A DNA stretch of 35,094 nt from Desulfatitalea sp. (GCA_018224505.1 JAGTVD010000429.1:1-35094), one strand, 5' to 3'; counted from the first letter of the stretch, positions 1 through 10,940 are shown. The notes: generated by a model from the sequence alone, not told the origin. A program made the numbers and translations.

Positions 1-2
1 AC

Positions 3-335
3 ATGGTGGGCTCTGCCCAGATCGGCCAGTGGTTCGAACTGCGCCCCACCCGTGATAGCTGGCCAGGTGTCATTTTCGGCATCGACCAAGGGGAAATCAA
101 ATTTCAGGCCGTGGGCCCCGCCGGTGCACTGCCCACCACCAGTACGCTCAACTTCCCCATGCAGGGGCTCAAAATCGAGGTCGGGGAACGCGCCTACACT
201 GCCTGGGCCGTACGCAACGCCATCAGCGCTGAATCGTCCTATTATGTCAAAGTGGAAGGAACCCCCGGCAGCCTGATCTTCGGGCCGTTTTCCGAGAATA
301 GCGAGACCGAAATGGTGGTTATCGACCTGCAGTAA
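3..335 (+). CDS. Hypothetical protein, C-terminal part (probably starts upstream of the window)
   Basis: Open frame from the window edge to TAA at 333-335, GC3-rich codon usage, protein-like beta-rich sequence; converges on the parE stop with a 10-bp gap. Confidence 0.7.
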   Translation: MVGSAQIGQWFELRPTRDSWPGVIFGIDQGEIKFQAVGPAGALPTTSTLNFPMQGLKIEVGERAYTAWAVRNAISAESSYYVKVEGTPGSLIFGPFSENSETEMVVIDLQ

Positions 336-345
336 CCCGAACCCA

Positions 346-2283
<1,938 letters not shown>

Positions 2284-2546
2284 TCACACACAGCATGCGC
2301 GCCTACAGGCAAACGCATACCCGATGCCTTCGTCATGATCCTCCGGGGCGGCAACGCCCCAACAGGCAGACGGATTCCATCTGCACAAAGCGGGAGCGCC
2401 GTTTCATCCGAATGCCGTTGCGGTTGCAGGCCGGCCCAATGCCGCAGCATAGCGAAAGCCGCGATCCATCCGCACCCGTGTTTAGCACGCGCCGCCAGGA
2501 AAGCACAACAGTTGTTGCGGTCCATTCCCGGCCCGGAAACGCGAAA

Positions 2547-3281
2547 TCAGTAGCTCTTGCCCTTCTCGTCCACCATGGGAACAAAGCGTACATCGATGAT
2601 TTTCTGCTGTTCAATGCGGCCTTCGATGCGCTTCAGCAACACCAGCTCCTGGACGCCGGCACGCCCCACGGGAATCACCATGCGCCCGCCCTCGGCCAGT
2701 TGCGCCTTCAGGGGTTCTGGAATACGGGTGGGCGCACAGGTGACAATGATCCCATCGAAAGGGGCGTGCTCGGGCCACCCCAGGAAACCATCGCCGACCC
2801 GGACACGCACCTGTTCATAACCCGCTTCCTTCAGCGCCACTTGCGCCTGTTGGCCCAACTCAGGTACAATCTCGATGGAATAGACCGCCACCCCCATGGC
2901 CGCCAGCACCGCCGCCTGGTAGCCGGAACCGGTGCCGATTTCGAGCACCCGCTGGCCTGGCTGCAGATCGAGCAATTCGGACATCAGGGCAACAATATAC
3001 GGCTGGGAAATGGTTTGCCCCTGGCCGATGGGCAACGGACGGTCCCGATATGCCAGGGAACGAACCGATTCCGGCACGAAAAGATGCCGCGGCACCGTTA
3101 ACATGGCCCGCAACACCGCCTCATGGTCCACCCCGCGGCCGCGAATCTGGATATCCACCATCTGCGTGCGCTGATCGGCATACCGGTTCTCGACCCCCTC
3201 GGCCCCCAGGGGCTGAGGCATCCAGATGGGCACCCATCCCAGTACGAACAGAACGGTCAATGAGCGTAACACACGTAACAT
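2547..3281 (-). CDS. pcm: Protein-L-isoaspartate(D-aspartate) O-methyltransferase with N-terminal hydrophobic leader
   Basis: VPRHLFVP, GQTISQPYIVA, SAM motif VLEIGTGSGYQAAVLA, APFDGIIVT, VRFVPM. Start moved to the ATG at 3281, which follows AAGGAGG. Confidence 0.93.
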   Translation of the reverse strand: MLRVLRSLTVLFVLGWVPIWMPQPLGAEGVENRYADQRTQMVDIQIRGRGVDHEAVLRAMLTVPRHLFVPESVRSLAYRDRPLPIGQGQTISQPYIVALMSELLDLQPGQRVLEIGTGSGYQAAVLAAMGVAVYSIEIVPELGQQAQVALKEAGYEQVRVRVGDGFLGWPEHAPFDGIIVTCAPTRIPEPLKAQLAEGGRMVIPVGRAGVQELVLLKRIEGRIEQQKIIDVRFVPMVDEKGKSY

Positions 3282-3369
3282 AGTCCCTCCTTGATCACCT
3301 GCTTGATTCCGGCCATGTTCCATAGCCCATGTAGGGCAAAGCGGCAAGGCCGTAAAAGCAGATTTTTTC

Positions 3370-3398
3370 TTGACTCACGCGGGTGGCCTCTATAGGGT
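3370..3398 (+). promoter_or_regulatory. Putative sigma70 promoter of the 322-aa hypothetical gene
   Basis: TTGACT (3370-3375), 17-bp spacer, TAGGGT (3393-3398); AAGGAG RBS before ATG 3501. Confidence 0.5.
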
Positions 3399-3500
3399 TC
3401 GCCCTGAAAAGGGGGTGTTGTTTTCAATCAATATAACATCGACGGCAAGCATTATAACCACATGAATAATAGTCCGATTCATTGAAAAGGAGAATGAAAA

Positions 3501-4469
3501 ATGGCAAGCAACGACCAAAAGGGGAAACAACCACTCTGGCTGTCCATCGAGGAGAATATCCTTCAGTTTGAATCGAAGTTGCTCTCGGGGGAAAACCCGG
3601 AAGCATCGATTCAACAGATTGCAAAGGAACTGGACAATGCGGGGTACAACGTTTCGCGTCACGGCGGCAACCTGATCAAATTGAGATTCGCCGTGGATCG
3701 CGCGCGGGCCGTGGGAAGACCACTCCTTAAGGATCTCAACACTGCGATTGCGGCGCTTTCGTTGGCGGATGTGGCCGACCCCTATCTTGCCACCACCAGA
3801 CTCCTCGACGACATCGGAAACACGTGGATGGAACTCAGAAGCGCGGAACGCAGACCGGATGTGGTTGACATTATCGAGAAGACAAAACTCGACCTTTTGA
3901 TCGCCAAAGCAAAGGCCATGGCGGGCGATGACGGAATTCGACTGCTCATTGAAGAAGAAATAAATCACGCGGTCATAATCACAGCGTTGGATATCACAGA
4001 GGAAAAGCTCAAAGAGGTGATCGCACAAATAGAGAAGGAGCGTGCAGAGCGGGCCAGAGTGGCCACGTTGCTCGAAAAGGTGACGGACAAATCCGGCGAA
4101 GAAAAAGTGCGGCACCTCATCGACAATAACGTCTCCGAAGCTTTAATCATTGAGATGGCCGAAGTGGACCGGAGCGTCATCGATGCCGTCAACAAGGCCA
4201 TGGAGGAGGAGATGAAGGAAAAGCAGCGGCTGGCCGAAGAGGAAGCCGCGCGCAAAAAGGCCGAAGCCGAGGGGCCTGCGCTGGAAGATATCCCGCCGGA
4301 CGAGATACTGGCCTACATCGACTCCATCCGCGAAATCATGGAATTCAGCGATCAGGAAAAGGAGATCCGGGTGATGTGCGAACAGAGCTCCATCCCAAAG
4401 GCCCTCGTGGACATCGCCGTTTCGGAGCCCGACAAACTGGATCAACTCGAAAAAAAGGCGCAGGGATAA
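3501..4469 (+). CDS. Hypothetical alpha-helical, charged protein with internal repeats
   Basis: 322-aa ORF with strong RBS, promoter and downstream hairpin; E/K/A/I-rich composition; no family recognised. Confidence 0.85.
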   Translation: MASNDQKGKQPLWLSIEENILQFESKLLSGENPEASIQQIAKELDNAGYNVSRHGGNLIKLRFAVDRARAVGRPLLKDLNTAIAALSLADVADPYLATTRLLDDIGNTWMELRSAERRPDVVDIIEKTKLDLLIAKAKAMAGDDGIRLLIEEEINHAVIITALDITEEKLKEVIAQIEKERAERARVATLLEKVTDKSGEEKVRHLIDNNVSEALIIEMAEVDRSVIDAVNKAMEEEMKEKQRLAEEEAARKKAEAEGPALEDIPPDEILAYIDSIREIMEFSDQEKEIRVMCEQSSIPKALVDIAVSEPDKLDQLEKKAQG

Positions 4470-4491
4470 ATACCCGCTGCCCGCCCTTGTG

Positions 4492-4518
4492 GGTCCCGGT
4501 CAAAGGCCGGGACCGTTT
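4492..4518 (+). terminator. GC-rich hairpin after the hypothetical gene (possible terminator)
   Basis: GGTCCCGG-tcaaagg-CCGGGACC followed by a weak GTTT tail. Confidence 0.45.
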
Positions 4519-4561
4519 GCGGCGCAGCTTGACCCCTTGATGCGTCCAATCAGATTTCCTT

Positions 4562-4600
4562 AAAACAAAAGCCTACTGTCGAAACAGTAGGCTTTATTTT
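4562..4600 (-). terminator. Rho-independent terminator of tRNA-Met, probably bidirectional
   Basis: AAAGCCTACTGT-cgaa-ACAGTAGGCTTT hairpin (UUCG loop on the minus strand) with T-rich tails on both strands, directly after the tRNA CCA end. Confidence 0.85.
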
Positions 4601-4677
4601 TGGTGGCGATGCAGGGACTTGAACCCCGGACTCTGCGGATATGAGCCGCATGCTCTAACCAGCTGAGCTACATCGCC
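4601..4677 (-). tRNA. tRNA-Met (CAT), probably elongator
   Basis: Reverse complement is GGCGATG-TAGCTCAGCTGGTTAGAGC-ATGCGG-CTCATAT-CCGCA-GAGTC-CGGGGTTCAAGTCCCTG-CATCGCC-ACCA: 77-nt cloverleaf, CAT anticodon, encoded CCA. G1-C72 is paired and the anticodon stem lacks three consecutive G-C pairs, so not the initiator. Ile2 identity is not fully excluded. Confidence 0.95.
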
Positions 4678-4721
4678 TTAGGGAGGTCGTGCCACGGAGC
4701 TCCGCGGCACGACGAACAGCT

Positions 4722-4750
4722 TCCTTAACAGTTCGCACGGGTACAGTCAA
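4722..4750 (-). promoter_or_regulatory. Putative promoter of tRNA-Met
   Basis: Minus strand TTGACT, 17-bp spacer, TAAGGA with an upstream TG (extended -10); the -10 is imperfect. Confidence 0.45.
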
Positions 4751-4889
4751 CCGGAAAAAACGGGCTCAACAGGGTGATTGCAGGTACGCCAAAGAGATGG
4801 CGCGGTGTTTGTGGCTGTCGATCCGGTGCACCCGGTAGCGGGGGGGTGTCGCTGCACGCAACCGGGTTCCGACAGATTGCCTGGGACAA

Positions 4890-7700
4890 TCAGTTTCCCG
4901 GAGCCGAACTGACCGGCTCCACGGCGAATTCGTCCAATTGGTCGGCCGGGGGTAAATCAGCGAACACAAGCGTGAACGGTATAGTCTGTCCCGGCCGGAC
5001 ATTTGTTCCGGCGCCGGCGTCCCGGGGGGATGTCTTCAAGAGCTGGTTGATTTCAACAATGGATTGATTGGCCAGGTCCTGGTCATCCAATTGGATACCG
5101 GCGTAACTGAATTCGGTCTTGGCGAGCACCTTGCCCCGGGTGTACAAGCGGCCCTGAACGCGGATCATTTCGCGCGGTGTGTTATATCCATTGCGCACCG
5201 TTCCGGTAATGACGAACAATCGTCCGGCCTCGGCGTTTTCGATAAATTTGCTGGTTATGTCCGATGTGGACAGATTGAGAATACCCTGGGGGTCCTGGGG
5301 CGCGGGTTTGAAATAATCGACTGCTTGTTTGACATAATCGCCGACATAGGGAATCTCTATGCCTTGTTCTTCGACAGCGTAGTAGAGACCGTACCCACCG
5401 CCACCCAACAGGGCCAGGATAAGCAGCAGTACCAGGGATTTGCTGGTTTTCTTCTTTGTCCTGAACGGCTTGGGTTTGGGGGGCGTGGGCGCCTTATCTT
5501 TCTCGACCACCGCGGCCGCCCTGGCTTGCGGGGTGGCAGCACTCGCCGATTTGCGGTCCTTCACTGCCTTGCCTTCGGATCGCTGATCGTCGTCCTCGAC
5601 AAGGAACTCCAGTTCAATATCACCGCTGTGGACGATTTCGCCACTAGCGGGATCATCCTTTTCATCGACCAAGTCGGACAAATCGGAGAGGTCGAGTTCC
5701 TCCTCCTCTTCATCGCCGGTGGCGCCGGCTCGGGTCATCCCTTTGGCGGGCGCTTCTTCGAGGTCCAGATCGAGCGCCAGGTCGGACAAATCGCTGGAAG
5801 CGCTGCTTTCCATGGTCAACCCATCCAAGCGGTCGCTGTCCAGCTCTTTGGCTGTGTCATCAGCGTCCAGATCGAACTCCAGTTCCAGTTCCTCGTCGTC
5901 AAACGCGTCACCGTCGGTCTTACGCTCAGGCAAGAGATCCGCCTCATCGATGGCCGACTCGATTTCAGCCAAATCGAGCTCATCCCTGTCGCCAAATCCC
6001 AGGTCTTCCTGGGCAAGGGGCGCTGTCGGCTTTTTCTCTTTCGCAGCGGTGGTATCGCCTTCAAGCATCTGCTCGATATCGGAAAGATCGATCTCTTCTT
6101 CGGCCAGGGTATCACCGGCCCGGGCCGACGGCACCTCAGGCTGCAATCCGGTATCGTCATCGAGTTGAAAATCGAGTGAAGTCAAATCGTCCGACGCCGC
6201 ATCCGGCTCAGGGGTTTTATCAGACACAGCTGTGTCATCCAGGGTTAATTCCAAGTCCAGATCATCATCTGCGTCCCCCGCCACCTCGTCATCCAGACCG
6301 GTGGTGGCCATGAGGGCATCCAAATCGGAAAGATCGAGGTCATCATCCAGGGATGCCTGGTCCTCCGTCCGCTGATTTTCCTGGTGCGAAGCTTCGGCTG
6401 CCGGCTCTTCAAACGACAAGTCAAAGTCGTCATCCAAAGAGAGGGGTTCATCCTCCATGCCGGCTTGCGGGCCTGCTGCCGGCGCGGCAGTCAAATCCAG
6501 ATCTTCCGTCAAAGACAAGTCCAAATCACCGGATACCGGCGCACCCGCTGACGCATCGTCGTCCAACCCAAAACCGTCATCCAGGGAAAGCTCGATATCT
6601 TCATCTGCGGCTTCGGAATCCCGTGCAGGCGTTGCAGCCAGATCCAAATCGTCCTCCAGGGAAAAATCCAAATCATCGGACACCGGCTTATCTGCGGAGG
6701 GGTCATCGATCAAATCAAGATCGTCATCCAGTGTAAGCTCGATATCTTCATCCGCGGCTTCGGAATCCCCGGTAGGCGTCGCAGTCAGATCCAAATCGTC
6801 CTCCAGGGAAAAATCCAGATCATCGGACACCGGCTTATCTGCGGACGGATCATCGATCAAATCAAGATCGTCATCCAGAGAAATCGCCCGATCGTCATCC
6901 GCGGCTTCGGCATCCCCTTCAAGGGTCGAAGCCAGATCCAAATCATCCTCCAGCGACAAATCCGAATCATCGGATTCCAATGCATTGGATTCGTCCGGTT
7001 CGGCCATATCGAAATCGAGAGCGGCCAAATCCAGGTCGTCCTGCCCCTGCCCCCGGTCCGTCACGGATGGTGCCTCAACCTCCGAAAGGTCCCCCTCTTC
7101 GAGGGCCAGGTCCAGGTCTTCAAAGGCCAGATCATCATCCGGCAGCACAATGTCCGCGGATGCGCCGACGTCCGGCAACGCGTTGGCATCATTCGATCCA
7201 TCGCGCTCAATCACCAAGGTATCATCATGAATTTCGAAATCCATATCCAGATCGAGGGCATCGGCCCTGTCCGCGTCAACTGCGGATGCCGGGGGCGGTT
7301 CTTCTGTCGGTGGTTCGAGGGCGGATTCGAAATCAAAATCCAGGTCCGTATCATCCGGCGAGCCGGCCGTATCTTCGGTTGCCATGGTTTCTGCGGCATT
7401 CGGTTCACCGACCGGGAGAGCTTCCTGGGCGAGGAGGGCATCCAATTCGGCCAGATCGATTCCTTCCAGTTCCTGCTCGGTGGTAGTCGCATCGCTACCC
7501 GGCACTTCCGCCATGGCCACAGCCGACGCTTCAGTCATTCCCGGTTGTTGATCATCAGTGGCTTCGATCGGCTGCGACACCGGCGGGTGCGCGATGAACA
7601 CATGCCGACACTGGGAGCAGCGCACCTTTGAGCCGGCAGGCTGAAGCAGCCGTTCATCGAAACGATACGTGGTGTTGCATTCCTGGCAGGTAATAAACAT
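4890..7700 (-). CDS. MJ0042-type zinc-ribbon / long acidic linker / single TM / DUF3426-like membrane protein
   Basis: N-terminal MFITCQEC...KVRCSQCRHVF zinc ribbon; about 650 aa of D/E/L-rich low complexity; basic patch KKKTSK then TM SLVLLLILALLGGGGYGLYYAV; C-terminal Ig-like domain (LFVITGTVRN...PGQTIPFTLVF). Confidence 0.9.
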   Translation of the reverse strand: MFITCQECNTTYRFDERLLQPAGSKVRCSQCRHVFIAHPPVSQPIEATDDQQPGMTEASAVAMAEVPGSDATTTEQELEGIDLAELDALLAQEALPVGEPNAAETMATEDTAGSPDDTDLDFDFESALEPPTEEPPPASAVDADRADALDLDMDFEIHDDTLVIERDGSNDANALPDVGASADIVLPDDDLAFEDLDLALEEGDLSEVEAPSVTDRGQGQDDLDLAALDFDMAEPDESNALESDDSDLSLEDDLDLASTLEGDAEAADDDRAISLDDDLDLIDDPSADKPVSDDLDFSLEDDLDLTATPTGDSEAADEDIELTLDDDLDLIDDPSADKPVSDDLDFSLEDDLDLAATPARDSEAADEDIELSLDDGFGLDDDASAGAPVSGDLDLSLTEDLDLTAAPAAGPQAGMEDEPLSLDDDFDLSFEEPAAEASHQENQRTEDQASLDDDLDLSDLDALMATTGLDDEVAGDADDDLDLELTLDDTAVSDKTPEPDAASDDLTSLDFQLDDDTGLQPEVPSARAGDTLAEEEIDLSDIEQMLEGDTTAAKEKKPTAPLAQEDLGFGDRDELDLAEIESAIDEADLLPERKTDGDAFDDEELELEFDLDADDTAKELDSDRLDGLTMESSASSDLSDLALDLDLEEAPAKGMTRAGATGDEEEEELDLSDLSDLVDEKDDPASGEIVHSGDIELEFLVEDDDQRSEGKAVKDRKSASAATPQARAAAVVEKDKAPTPPKPKPFRTKKKTSKSLVLLLILALLGGGGYGLYYAVEEQGIEIPYVGDYVKQAVDYFKPAPQDPQGILNLSTSDITSKFIENAEAGRLFVITGTVRNGYNTPREMIRVQGRLYTRGKVLAKTEFSYAGIQLDDQDLANQSIVEINQLLKTSPRDAGAGTNVRPGQTIPFTLVFADLPPADQLDEFAVEPVSSAPGN
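6428..6973 (-). repeat. Intragenic tandem repeat, 147-bp (49-aa) unit, about 3.5 copies
   Basis: GCGGCTTCGG recurs at 6607, 6754, 6901; AGATCCAAATC at 6640, 6787, 6934; the peptide DDDLDLIDDPSADKPVSDDLDFSLEDDLDL occurs twice exactly. Confidence 0.9.
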
Positions 7701-7716
7701 GGCACACCCTCATTAG

Positions 7717-8238
7717 TTATAAATTCAGATTGAAAACGCCTGGCAAGTGGCGATAGCCTTCAGCATAATCCAGCCCGTAGCCGACAAGGAAACCCTCCTT
7801 GACCTGGAGACATGCGTAATCCGCATCCAGATCGATCTGCCGGCGTTCGAATTTGTCGACAAATGCGCAAACTTTAACCGAACGCGGGTTGAAGCTGAGC
7901 AGGTGTTGCTTGAGAAAGGCCACCGTCAAACCGGTATCGAGGATGTCCTCAATGATCAGTACATCCTTGTTTTGGATATCGATCTCAAAATCTTTAAGCA
8001 GGCAGATGTTGCCGGATGATTGGCAATTGGCGCCGTAACTGGAGATACGAACGAAATCAACCGCCACCTGCCTGAGCTGCAGCTGGCGCATCAGATCGGC
8101 CATAAATACAAAGGCGCCTTTGAGCACGCCAATAAGCACCAGATCGGATTCCTGATAGTCAACTGAAATGTCTCGGGCGACCTCGGCGACCTTCCGGGCG
8201 ATGGCTTCTTTATCCAGGACAAGCGTTAATTCAGGCAT
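7717..8238 (-). CDS. hpt: Hypoxanthine phosphoribosyltransferase
   Basis: IGVLKGAFVFMADL, PRPP motif VLIIEDILDTGLT, FLVGYGLDYAEGYRHLP. Confidence 0.95.
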   Translation of the reverse strand: MPELTLVLDKEAIARKVAEVARDISVDYQESDLVLIGVLKGAFVFMADLMRQLQLRQVAVDFVRISSYGANCQSSGNICLLKDFEIDIQNKDVLIIEDILDTGLTVAFLKQHLLSFNPRSVKVCAFVDKFERRQIDLDADYACLQVKEGFLVGYGLDYAEGYRHLPGVFNLNL

Positions 8239-8404
8239 TGTTTCTGTTCATGTGTATGCACACAGACGTTTTCTTCACGACACGCGCCGTGGTGGAAAAA
8301 GCGCTGGTCAGCTCTTTTTCGCATCTGCCGCTTCATACCTTTATCGCCCGTTCGGCTCGGCAGCTTTAGCAGTATGGGCATACTGCCTACTGCAGCATAG
8401 GCAA

Positions 8405-8433
8405 AAGCTACATGAACAAAGTACTCTTGTCAA
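8405..8433 (-). promoter_or_regulatory. Putative sigma70 promoter for hpt and the zinc-ribbon gene
   Basis: Minus strand TTGACA (8433-8428), 17-bp spacer, TAGCTT (8410-8405); AT-rich upstream element. Confidence 0.65.
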
Positions 8434-8446
8434 TAAATTTAATTCC

Positions 8447-9361
8447 TTACAGGCCCATATCCGCTAACTGGGAAATCAGCTTTTGTTGTTCCGCCGTCAG
8501 TTCTCGGGGCATGTCCACATGGACCACAACAAACAGATCCCCGCGTCCGCTACCTTTCATGTGGGGCAGGCCGAGCCCGGCAAGACGCATTCTGGTCTTG
8601 TGGCGGGTTCCCGGAGGTATGGTCAGGTTCACCTCCTTGCCCTCCACCGTGGGCACCGAGATCTGGGTCCCCAACAACGCCTGGCTCAGTTTTATGTCAC
8701 GATTGACCGAGAGATCGTAATTCTCCACGTAAAATCGGGGGTCGTCCATGAGCACCGATTTGATATAAAGATCACCTGCGGTGCCGCCGTAAGGGCTCGG
8801 TTCGCCTTTGCCGGCGATACGCAATTTTTTGCCACTGATCATGCCCTTGGGGATTTTGACGCTGATACTCTCAGAACGCCCCTGGTGCTGAAAGGCGACA
8901 TTTTTTTCGGCGCCCAAAGCCACCTCCCGAAGGGACAGGGGCAATTCGTAGACCAGATCGGATCCTTTGGGGACGGTCTGTCGGCCCTGCCGCCCACCCC
9001 CAAACGGAGACCCGGAACCAAAGGAGAAACGAAAACCGCCGTCGCCCGTGGAGAATCCCCGGCCACCCATTCCAAACTCGCGGAAAATATCGCCAAAATC
9101 AAAGTTGCGGAAGATATCTTCCTGGCTGAAGCGCTGTTTGAAATCCGCCGAGCCATAAGTGTCGTATTGCTTGCGCTTCTCCTCATCGCTGAGCACCGCG
9201 TAGGCCTCGCTGATCTTCTTGAACTTGTCCTCGGCCGCCTTGTCGTCCTTGGCATGGTCGGGGTGGTATTTCATCGCCAGTTTGCGGTATGCTTTTTTGA
9301 TGTCCGCGCTGCTGGCACTCTTGTCCACCTCCAGGATCTTATAGTAGTCGTTTTCCGCCAT
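8447..9361 (-). CDS. cbpA: DnaJ class B co-chaperone (CbpA / curved-DNA-binding protein-like)
   Basis: J domain with HPD ([12 protein letters not shown]), G/F-rich linker, DnaJ C-terminal domains, no CxxCxGxG zinc fingers; 304 aa. Confidence 0.85.
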   Translation of the reverse strand: MAENDYYKILEVDKSASSADIKKAYRKLAMKYHPDHAKDDKAAEDKFKKISEAYAVLSDEEKRKQYDTYGSADFKQRFSQEDIFRNFDFGDIFREFGMGGRGFSTGDGGFRFSFGSGSPFGGGRQGRQTVPKGSDLVYELPLSLREVALGAEKNVAFQHQGRSESISVKIPKGMISGKKLRIAGKGEPSPYGGTAGDLYIKSVLMDDPRFYVENYDLSVNRDIKLSQALLGTQISVPTVEGKEVNLTIPPGTRHKTRMRLAGLGLPHMKGSGRGDLFVVVHVDMPRELTAEQQKLISQLADMGL

Positions 9362-9438
9362 TGAACCATCACTCCATCAAGCTGTTGTCGATCTTGAAAG
9401 CCACGTAACCATTGGAAAGTAAATTAAAATTAATCCAG

Positions 9439-9467
9439 ATAATAATAACCCCACGCCCCTCCGTCAA
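9439..9467 (-). promoter_or_regulatory. Putative sigma70 promoter of the J-protein gene
   Basis: Minus strand TTGACG (9467-9462), 17-bp spacer, TATTAT (9444-9439). Confidence 0.6.
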
Positions 9468-9501
9468 GTCCGACCGCGCCTTGAATTCCATACCAGCCCG
9501 T

Positions 9502-10299
9502 CTACCCTTTCCGCAACCGATCCAGCCGCAACCGCTGACGTTCATCGAACAAACGCCGGGAGCCGAGCCAGACGGCGGTCATGGTACCGAGGCCGGTTCC
9601 GCCGGCAATCAGGAACATGATGAGGATCTGGTATTTGACCGCCTCCATGGGCGGGCTGCCGCCCAGAATCTGTCCGGTCATCATGCCCGGCAAACTGACC
9701 AATCCAGCGGCCATCATGGCATTGACGATGGGGATCAAGCCGCTGCGGATGCTTTCGTTGCGCAAACCGGCGATGGCTTGCCGCCAGGTCTGGCCCAACA
9801 TGAGCCGCCCTTCGATCAGGGTCCGCTGATCCCAGGCCGAGGCGGTCAGACGGTCCATGCCGATGGAAATACCGTTCATGGTGTTGCCCAACAGCATACC
9901 CAGCAGCGGAATGGCATATTGGGGTTCGTACCAGGGTTGCGGGCTGATGATGACGACCAGCGCCAGCACCGTAATGGCAAAAGAGGATACGAACATGGAC
10001 AAGGTGCCCAGGCCGAAGCTCCAGGCGCCCGTGAATCGCCGTTTCTGCCGGCTCATCACCTCACGTCCGGCCGCGAGAAGCATCACGCAGGCCATCAAGG
10101 CCACCCACCCGGGGTGCACATGGCCGAACAGTGCCTTGAGCACCAATCCGATCAGCAGCAGCTGCACGGTGGTACGCACGGCGGCCACCAGCAACTGGCG
10201 CCCCAGTTGGAGCCGCATGGAGCGGGAAATAATCGCCAGGACCACCACCAGGGCACCGGCCAGGGAAAGATCCAGGGGCGAAAGGGCAATGACGCTCAT
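9502..10299 (-). CDS. fetB: ABC transporter permease, FetB/YbbM (UPF0014) family
   Basis: Multi-TM; RTTVQLLLIG, IPLLGMLLGNTMNG, GLVSLPGMMTGQILGGSPPMEAVKYQI family motifs; ATGA overlap with the upstream ATPase. Confidence 0.88.
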   Translation of the reverse strand: MSVIALSPLDLSLAGALVVVLAIISRSMRLQLGRQLLVAAVRTTVQLLLIGLVLKALFGHVHPGWVALMACVMLLAAGREVMSRQKRRFTGAWSFGLGTLSMFVSSFAITVLALVVIISPQPWYEPQYAIPLLGMLLGNTMNGISIGMDRLTASAWDQRTLIEGRLMLGQTWRQAIAGLRNESIRSGLIPIVNAMMAAGLVSLPGMMTGQILGGSPPMEAVKYQILIMFLIAGGTGLGTMTAVWLGSRRLFDERQRLRLDRLRKG

Positions 10300-10940
10300 G
10301 GGGTCGGCACCTCACCGGGGCGGTCCCCGATGGCCGCACCCTCAACCAGGGGTGTCAGCCGCCGACCTTCCAGTACGAGGATCGAATCGCACCGGCGCCG
10401 AAGCTGGTCCAGGTCATGGCTGACCCAAAGCAGCACCGGCCGGAGCTCCCGGCGTACGTCGTCCAGCAGCCCTTCCACGCGGGTGATGTTTTTGGGGTCC
10501 AGGTTGGCGGTGGGCTCATCGAGCAACATCACCCTGGGCTCCTGTGCCAGCATGCGCAGCAATGCCAGGCGCTGGCGTTCACCGCTGGAAAGGTGGCTGA
10601 CCTGCCATGCCATCGCCTGGGCGTCGAAGCCCAGCCGCTCCAGCCACGGCGGCGGGGGCGGGTCGAAGTGGTCGCCCACCGCATCAAACCACCAGGCACT
10701 CTCCGCCGGCAGCAGCCCCACCTGGCGGCGCCACTGGGGGGCCGGCATCCGGGTGGACGCCACCCCGTCGAGCAGCATTTGCCCTGCATGGGGATCCAGA
10801 TCGGCCAACGCCCTGAGCAACAGGGATTTGCCCGTCCCGGACGGTCCGGTCAGACCGAGGCACTGTCCGCCCGAAAGGTCCAGATCCACCTTTTCGACGG
10901 CGCGGCAGCTGAAATCCACCAGTTTAAAGGTGGTGTTCAT
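10296..10940 (-). CDS. fetA: ABC transporter ATP-binding protein, FetA/YbbL-like
   Basis: Walker A GPSGTGKS, signature LSSGERQR, Walker B LLDEPT, H-loop VSHD; short stand-alone ATPase coupled to the FetB-like permease. Confidence 0.82.
   Translation of the reverse strand: MNTTFKLVDFSCRAVEKVDLDLSGGQCLGLTGPSGTGKSLLLRALADLDPHAGQMLLDGVASTRMPAPQWRRQVGLLPAESAWWFDAVGDHFDPPPPPWLERLGFDAQAMAWQVSHLSSGERQRLALLRMLAQEPRVMLLDEPTANLDPKNITRVEGLLDDVRRELRPVLLWVSHDLDQLRRRCDSILVLEGRRLTPLVEGAAIGDRPGEVPTP

Noticed and set aside
3390-4677. Possible tRNA-integrated genomic island
   Set aside because: No integrase and no duplicated tRNA 3' end found; the tRNA is followed directly by its own terminator.
6428-6973. 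Possible CRISPR array
   Set aside because: Repeats are in-frame 147-bp coding units without unique spacers, and there are no cas genes.
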